A DNA stretch of 64,000 nt. It comes from Zootoca vivipara (Eukaryota). Of the stretch, positions 47,201 through 64,000 are shown in pieces. Below the pieces are notes generated by a model. The model did not search any database and had not been told where the DNA came from. It saw only the letters and a program-made list of their open reading frames with translations. Location: NCBI RefSeq assembly GCF_963506605.1, contig NC_083288.1:36704001-36768000 (forward strand), in the 5' to 3' direction. The position numbers and the translations under genes are program-made. Each line of letters opens with the position of its first letter. The first letter of the stretch is position 1.

Positions 47201-49335
47201 TGGTTAGCCTTCATTGTAATCTCTTACTGCCTGGTGAGTACTCACTGGAAGGAAAAGAATATACCGCAGTGAGGGCCAGTGAATGGTCTGGGAGCATCCA
47301 GTGTGGTAACATTGTTGAAACTAAGTGGATAGAAGGGACCTGAGCAGTACCTGGGTCAGGGATAGCCAATACAACCCCCTCCATATGTTGTTGGGACTCC
47401 AACTCCCATCAGCCTCAGTCAGCATGGCCAGTGGTAGTGAGTGAAGGGAGTTCTAGTCAAGCAGCACCTTTGGCTCCCCCAATATAGATGGTCTGAGTTT
47501 TGTTAAAGGGGGAATAGGGATGTTAAGTTGACAGTCCATGGAGCAATCTCACACAGGCAGCATTAACAGTGTTTCAAGTAACAGTGCTTTGGGTTATTTC
47601 ACTCCTCCCAGGAACGTCGGGAAAAAGCTCTGGGTATCCTCACATACTTGGGCCAGAGTTCAGCAGAGGCCCAGACGAGTCGTCCCTGGTACCAGGAGCT
47701 GCCAGAACGAAGTGAGGCCGTCGCCAAAGATGAGAAGCTGAAAGGGAAGCTGGATCCCCTAGTGGAGATGGATGGGCACTTGCGGAAGAAGAAGGGATCC
47801 CACAAGAAAGATGGGAAGAAAGACAAGCGGGAGCAAAAAGGAAGTGGAGGAACTCTGGCTTTCGGGTGCGTTCCTTTAGCAGCCTAGGCCACAGCACAGG
47901 ACACTGCTGCTCCGTCCTTCCTGCTGGCTGAGACTGGACAGCCCAGGCAACAAACACCCACCCTTAGGAGGGGGAGGGAAAGGGAAGCCACACATGTGGG
48001 AAATGCAACTTGGGCATTTCAGGTAGCACCTCCCATCTGTAGGTGGCTGCTCTGAAAAGAGGAAAATGCTCTTTTGTATAAAGGGGAGATTTACAGAGCA
48101 GCAGTTACAGCCAAGTCTTAAGAAATAGGTCAATGAGAGTGAGGGGTTGTTTGCCTGTTTCTGTGCTGCTTCAAAGAATCCAGCTTTCAGAGATAAAGAC
48201 TTAACAGTAATTTGTCAAAATAATAAAATTGGCTCCTGCTCTGTTGCAGGGTGGGATATTGGCCCTGGAAAGGTGGTGGAGGGTTAGGATTGCCAGACTC
48301 CAATAGAGGACAGGACTTCTGTGCCTTTAATTGCCCTGCTCTCTTTTGAGTCTGGAAACCTTAAAGAGAAACCAGCAGACCCTTTGCTTGGAAATTAAAC
48401 AAAGGTTTCCAGACTCAAAAGAGAGCAGGGCAATTAAAGGCACAGAAGTCCTGTCCTCTATTGGAGTCTGGCAACCCTATGGAGGGGGACTGGAAGTTCA
48501 GCCTTTAAGTATTGCCCCCTACTAGTCATGCAGTGCCCTGTTGTCAGGTGTTGAAAGGAGGATATAGGGCCGGTGGGGGGAACCTTTGGCCTGACAGATG
48601 TTGCTGAACCTCAGCTCTACCCCTAAACTTACACCCACCCACCCCCCACATTTTATTGGCAATAGCCTCTGTCACCTCCCAAAACATCAGGACAAGAGCA
48701 CAAAACAAAGGATTCCTGTAGGCAGGATGGTGAGGATTACAGACATTTCCAGTGTCCCATCTACACTTCAGTTTCTAACCCAGGCATGGGGAACCTCAGC
48801 CCCAGGTGTAAACACAGCATTCTGGGGCTCTGTTTGGCTCTTGAGACTCTTTCCAGGCCGCATCCCTCTCACCAGCTCTGCTTTGCACCCTTAAACACTC
48901 ATATTTTTTTGCTGCCTCAGATGGATAGAGGGGGATATGCGGAGGATAGAGGGTGGTATGCAAGTGTAAAGAAGCTAGTCTACTGTGTACAAAGGTAAAA
49001 TTCATAATTTTTGCTTTTGCCTCTGGGCCTGCCTGTCACCAGAATGCCCTCTGCCAATACAGCCTCTGGACTGAAAAGGGCTCCCCACTCCTCTTCATAA
49101 ACCCTTGTGTTTCCTTTTCAGGCCTGCCCCTTCCTTGGCATCGTCGTCATTGGAGCAACTGCGCCAGGAGAGGTTGCGCCGCGAGAAGGCAGAGCGAGCC
49201 CGTGCTGAGAGCCTTCTAGCCCAAAAGGCAGGCACCCTCCCACTCCAGGAGGAGGAAATGGATGAAAGAAAACGGGGCTACAACTCTCAGTTTAACCCGC
49301 AACTGGCAAGAAAGAGGGTCTGGGAACCACAGTGA
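44048..49335 (+). CDS. LENG1: Leukocyte receptor cluster member 1, 4 coding exons, 257 aa
   Basis: Exons 44048-44179, 46688-46861, 47612-47865, 49122-49335 (774 nt). N-terminal [24 protein letters not shown] (Cir_N-like), [23 protein letters not shown] and [17 protein letters not shown] at 49852. Confidence 0.95.
44343..45926 (+). pseudogene. SPOUT1: Processed pseudogene of SPOUT1 (C9orf114/CENP-32), interrupted by CR1, within LENG1 intron 1
   Basis: 44343-44507 encodes MAEK...[21 protein letters not shown]. 45143-45723 encodes, without introns, [30 protein letters not shown]...[39 protein letters not shown] and PRTASG. Frameshifts at ~45160 and ~45430, stop TAA at ~45655, AATAAA at 45909 plus a short A-run. 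Confidence 0.9.
44508..45142 (-). mobile_element. CR1 LINE 3' fragment (RT C-terminus + 3' UTR)
   Basis: ORF 45134-44664 reads [22 protein letters not shown]...[19 protein letters not shown]...[11 protein letters not shown], followed by a CTATGATTC tail. Confidence 0.93.
48285..48479. mobile_element. hAT MITE with ~78-bp near-perfect TIRs
   Basis: TAGGATTGCCAGACTCCAATAGAGGACAGG.../...CCTGTCCTCTATTGGAGTCTGGCAACCCTA; TSD TGGAGGGT/TGGAGGGG. Confidence 0.88.
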
Positions 49336-50309
49336 GGTGTCGTGCAAGTGTGATATTACCAACCACTGCAGTGAGACAATAGCAGTAGGAATGCTGTCAG
49401 AATCAATTTTCTTCAAGAGGAATATGCATAATTTTCTTCTTGCTCAATGCAACATATTATTTATTGAATTCATACCCTAGCCCGGGGTTGTGGACACGTT
49501 CTGGTTAATGTACAGTAATCAGAATTAGGTTGAGGAAGACTTTGGCATGTGGGCTTCAGTAATACACACACTCACCTTATCACTATCGTTTTCTAGATTA
49601 GGGCTAAGCCAGAGGCTGCTCCACTAGCTATGCAATCAATCAGTTGCCTGCCATGGGACCGTTATGTACAATGGCAGCTGGATAAAAAGTTATGCCTATT
49701 TACACCAGCCCTCCCCCCTTGCTTCCAAGACCTCACCTCTCCCTAGTCATCTTTGTTTTCCTCAAGGAAATTGGTTTCGGCCAAAGCCTGTCAGTATCAA
49801 TTGTGCAGGACATGTGTCAGTATCTGCTGTGTTTTGAAATGGTTTCTGGGCAATAAAGGACACACAACACCTGGTGCTTTGTGCTCATGAATCTCCACAG
49901 GAAGTAGTAGCAGTGTCATCCTTCCACCAAAACTGCTCAAGGACCTGGAGGCAGCAACAAGAACGTCCCTCTGCAGGGGAAGACATCTGCATGCATTTTT
50001 TAAAATTAGTCTTTATGCTTTTGTATATGTGTGGAAGTGTGTCCTAGGCAACGCAGGCCAAAGTCTCAGAAAGAAGCCTGAATAAGCAGTTGAATAGAAG
50101 CACCAACTGTCAAGGGGGAAAATGAGAAAAAACCCTCTTGAGTCAGGGTAGCCGTCTGACTACTGGCCAGGGCTACTATGAGTTGTAATTCAGCATCTGG
50201 AGACAGCACTGTTTGCTGCTGAACTCTAGTAGGGGCAGCTAATTTCAGTGTACACATAAACGTACATTCCCTCTTGTCACCCAAGTAGTACTGGGGGAAG
50301 ATCTCTTCT

Positions 50310-50595
50310 GTTGTTTAGTCGTGTCTGACTCTTCGTGACCCCATGGACCAGAGCACGCCAGGCACTCCTGTCTCCCACTGCCTCCCACAGTTTCGTCAAA
50401 CTCATGCTAGTAGCTTCGAGAACACTGTCCAACCATCTTGTCCTCTGTCGTCCCCTTCTCCTTGTGCCCTCAATCTTTCCCAACATCTTTCTCGAGAGTT
50501 TTGACTAAACGTGATCCACCTGGAACAGGAACTGGCAAGCCACTCCAGTATCCCTGCCAAGAAAACTCCATGGACAAAAACAACAGCCATATAAA
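50310..50595 (-). mobile_element. Bov-B (RTE) insertion with an inverted 5' segment
   Basis: 50310-50487 encodes LGKIEGTRRRGRQRTRWLD on the - strand. 50495-50595 is Bov-B 5'-region-like (TGGCAAGCCACTCCAGTATCCCTGCCAAGAAAACTCCATGGAC) on the + strand. 12-bp TSD AAGATCTCTTCT. Confidence 0.8.
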
Positions 50596-50783
50596 AAGAT
50601 CTCTTCTAGGCAGCTTTTAAACATGACACATCCCACGTTAAACACAAAGTCACTGCCCCTTCTGCGAGGCACAAAGAGAAAGCGGGGTTACTGGATTTCT
50701 TCACACCCCTTTGTTCCACAACACACACACCCTTTTATCTCCCCTTTTCTCTACAAGAGAAGAACATCATTCATATAAAACTA

Positions 50784-50789
50784 TTTATT
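50784..50789 (-). terminator. Probable CNOT3 polyadenylation signal
   Basis: AATAAA on the minus strand ~1.2 kb after the stop codon. Confidence 0.55.
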
Positions 50790-52008
50790 CATAAATATTT
50801 TCCAAAACGAAAATAGGCTTACGAAAAAATATCTTAAACAGCGGCATGGGCGGGGTGCTCCAGTTCAGGGGGCTGCATGAGGAGGGAGATGGTGGGACAC
50901 AGCTGTCTTTCCATCTCTCTCTGGGTTTCCCCAAGTCTTTCCCCTCCAATCAGGAATAAATTGCAAGTCATCAAAGGGGAGGGTCTCTCTGTGGGAGGAG
51001 CAGCAGATTAAGATATGAGCTCAGATACCAAATTTAGGGTGGCAACAAAATTTTGGAAAATGGGGTGGGGTGGTGGGGGGTTAGGAGAGAAGCAGAAGTG
51101 GGGTTGGGGATATACTCCCTTAAGTCAAAGTTCCAGTCAGGAAAGAGAGCTTTGGGGATTTTTTCCAAACTGAATTGATGAGGACAGGTGGCGTTTTGTG
51201 TCCCGCAACATCATCACCTGCCAGAAGCAAGTGAAAAAATACGGCAGCCTATAAAATGTTAACAGAAGGTACCAGTCCACAAAATACTTTGTACTGGAAT
51301 CCTTTCTGGCAGCCGGCTGACTGGTTGGTAACAAGTTGACGTCATTTTGCTTTTTTGCCATTTCCAGCAGTGACAACTAGGCAAAGGTTGGAGCAAAGTC
51401 ACCCTGAACTGTTCCCAACACTTCTGACTATTGAGGATATTTATAGAGCCCTGTGCCCTCATCTGTCTCACACACACGGGCATATGATGGCAGCCAAATC
51501 GTGGGTGATGTCTGCACTTGAGAGGTTGGCGAGGAGGGCAAAGGAGGACAGGATGTTGGTGTTTGCTGCAATTGGTGGCGGAAGGGGCATAATAAATTCT
51601 CCAATTTAGAAGACACACAAAAATGTAGATTGGGGGAAAGTCACTCTTTTGGTGGGATTCTCAAATTCTTTTTTAATCTCCACTCTCTCACCCGAATCTG
51701 GTGCACATGAAGAGCATTTCCCCCTTTTTCCCGACCTCTTCGTATGCATTACAGGCAGAAGAGAGCAAGGAAAAGGCAGGGGAGAATCCCGCCACTGCCG
51801 CCCCTCCTCCTCCGTCCCGCGGTCACTTTTAAAACTTGCATGCATTTTTTAAAAAACGTGCAGCTCGCCCCGTTCCCCCACGGTTTTGATGGGGTGGGGA
51901 TGGGGGGTGTGATGTGGTGTATTGGTTGGTCTTCCTTTGCTGCTGCCCCAAGCGCACCGCAGTTGTCTCTGGAAGGAAGGCTTGGCACCCCCTGCTGGCC
52001 CCAGGTCA

Positions 52009-62333
<10,325 letters not shown>

Positions 62334-64000
62334 CTAGCTGAGCTAAGGGCCGCTGAGAAATCCAAGCTATCAGCATATATTCCCCGCTCAGGCGCAGCAA
62401 AGAAGATAAATTGCAAAATAAATAAATAAATCTAGATTAATTGCTCCCAAGCATGTTTCAGCCACAGTTTCCAATCTTCAATCAGGGTGGGGAAAGGGTA
62501 ACTCTTCCCAGGATTTTGAACATTGGTGGACTGAGAATTCTACCTGCAGTAGGCATTTAAAGGATACAAAATGGGACCTTACTTTGTTAAAAGGGACCAT
62601 TCAATCACACAATTCTCCCACCTAAATCCTGAAGCGAACCCCAAAGGGGAACTGTACTAAAGTTACTTTTGCTGAACATGGAGACTGCAGATCCAGCCCA
62701 AGAACCACAGGAAGCAGAATGAGGTGGCAGAACCCTCAGGTGGTAGAATAGACTGTTCTATTTCAGACAGCAGTGGAGGGCTAACTATTTCTAAATCATT
62801 ATTGTGTGTGTGTGTTTTTAAAAAGCCCTCTGCAAGTAAAAAAACCAGCACAGTAGAAAGGATGTGGTTGGATCAGAACCTTTTTACTACTGTGTTGCTT
62901 GTTCCTTAGCAGAGGCATTTATTTTGGTGGGCAGGTTAGGGGTGGAGGTCCTTTAGGGACATTTAAAAACAGCTTTGCCTCATCTGTAGTTTGAAGTGCT
63001 ACCTTACACCCCAAGATCCTACCACCCCAATTCAGCTGCCACGTTTAAACTGGGCCACACAGCTCCATGCCCTAAGGGAGCTTTGCATCCCATCCCCCGA
63101 TAACTAAAGAATCCTGGCTCCCTAACCATTAGTTGGAATTTACCAGGATCCCTTCCTACCCAGGAATCCCAGACTTCAGGCCTATTTTTGTAACTTCACT
63201 GACAGCTTTTTCAACCATCCCAATTTGTTTCTGAAGCTTTCCCTCCCCCCCTTCAAAATAAAAAATGAAAACTTGTGAATAGTGTGTGTGTGTGTGTGTG
63301 TGTGGAACTCAGAAGAAATGGCTCTGCACAGATTACCTTGCAAAATGAGATTTAAGGCTAACCCATAAAAAATGTGTATGTACCAATGCATTTTCAGTCA
63401 CACATCACATCCCAAGAAGCCAGTGTCGGCTGCAAGTACCTACAGCAATAAACATGTAAGCAGCCATTTAATGCACAAAGTTGCTCTCAAGTTTGAATAT
63501 GCAATTTGTGCCCCTGTGAACTGGTCAGTGATCACCCCTTATTTGCCACAGTGAACACACAGTGATGGTTCTGCATTAGAAGATAACGGACAAGAGATTT
63601 ACAGAAGTGCAGAACCGTGCAGAAAAGAAAAGAAAGTTAACATCTGAATATGCATCATGCCAGCCTATGCACATCATCATGGCAAATACAAAACTCTGCT
63701 TGCCCATTGCAAAACAGCTGTCCAAGTGTTAAACTCCTTTCCAAAAGGGCCCAGGAAAGTCTTAGCCCACAGCTCAAAAGACCTTTCCCCTGGGTGTCTG
63801 GAAACCATCTCTAAAACTTTACCATCTATCCCATGTTGTCTCAATCAGAAGACCTGCTCCAAAGGGATCCTGGGCTCTTCACAGAACCCGTTTCTGCAAG
63901 TCTCCCAGTCTATATCTGGACTGTAAAGGCAAGCTGGCTCGCCTTTATGAGGTCACACTACTTACTAGCCAATTGCAACACTGTGGGGGAGGAGCTAAGC

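Overview
This is vertebrate (squamate, probably lacertid lizard) genomic DNA, inferred from Sauria SINEs, Bov-B, CR1 and Penelope remnants. It holds six spliced protein-coding genes reconstructed exon by exon with GT-AG junctions: GRWD1(+), TSEN34(-), MBOAT7(+), TMC4(+, internal exons lost in a 200-N assembly gap), LENG1(+) and CNOT3(-, 5' part outside the window). TSEN34-MBOAT7-TMC4-LENG1-CNOT3 matches the human 19q13.4 order, but GRWD1 sits where human has RPS9. Less expected content: (1) an intronless SPOUT1/CENP-32 retrocopy, split by a CR1, inside LENG1 intron 1; (2) an array of fixed-spacing TGCCC-N6-AANATGGC (THAP1+YY1-like) composite sites at 1.1-1.5 kb, with the same composite carried four times by a hAT MITE in CNOT3; (3) a minimal type I hammerhead ribozyme in a Penelope-type foldback insertion in TMC4 intron 1; (4) MSR1-like GGACTCCTGGGT motifs, mostly in transcript-sense orientation and often near splice donors; (5) 12 young hAT MITEs with 8-bp NNNTANNN target duplications that carry ZNF143-type motifs. 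Gene and repeat names come from recognising sequence, not from database searches.
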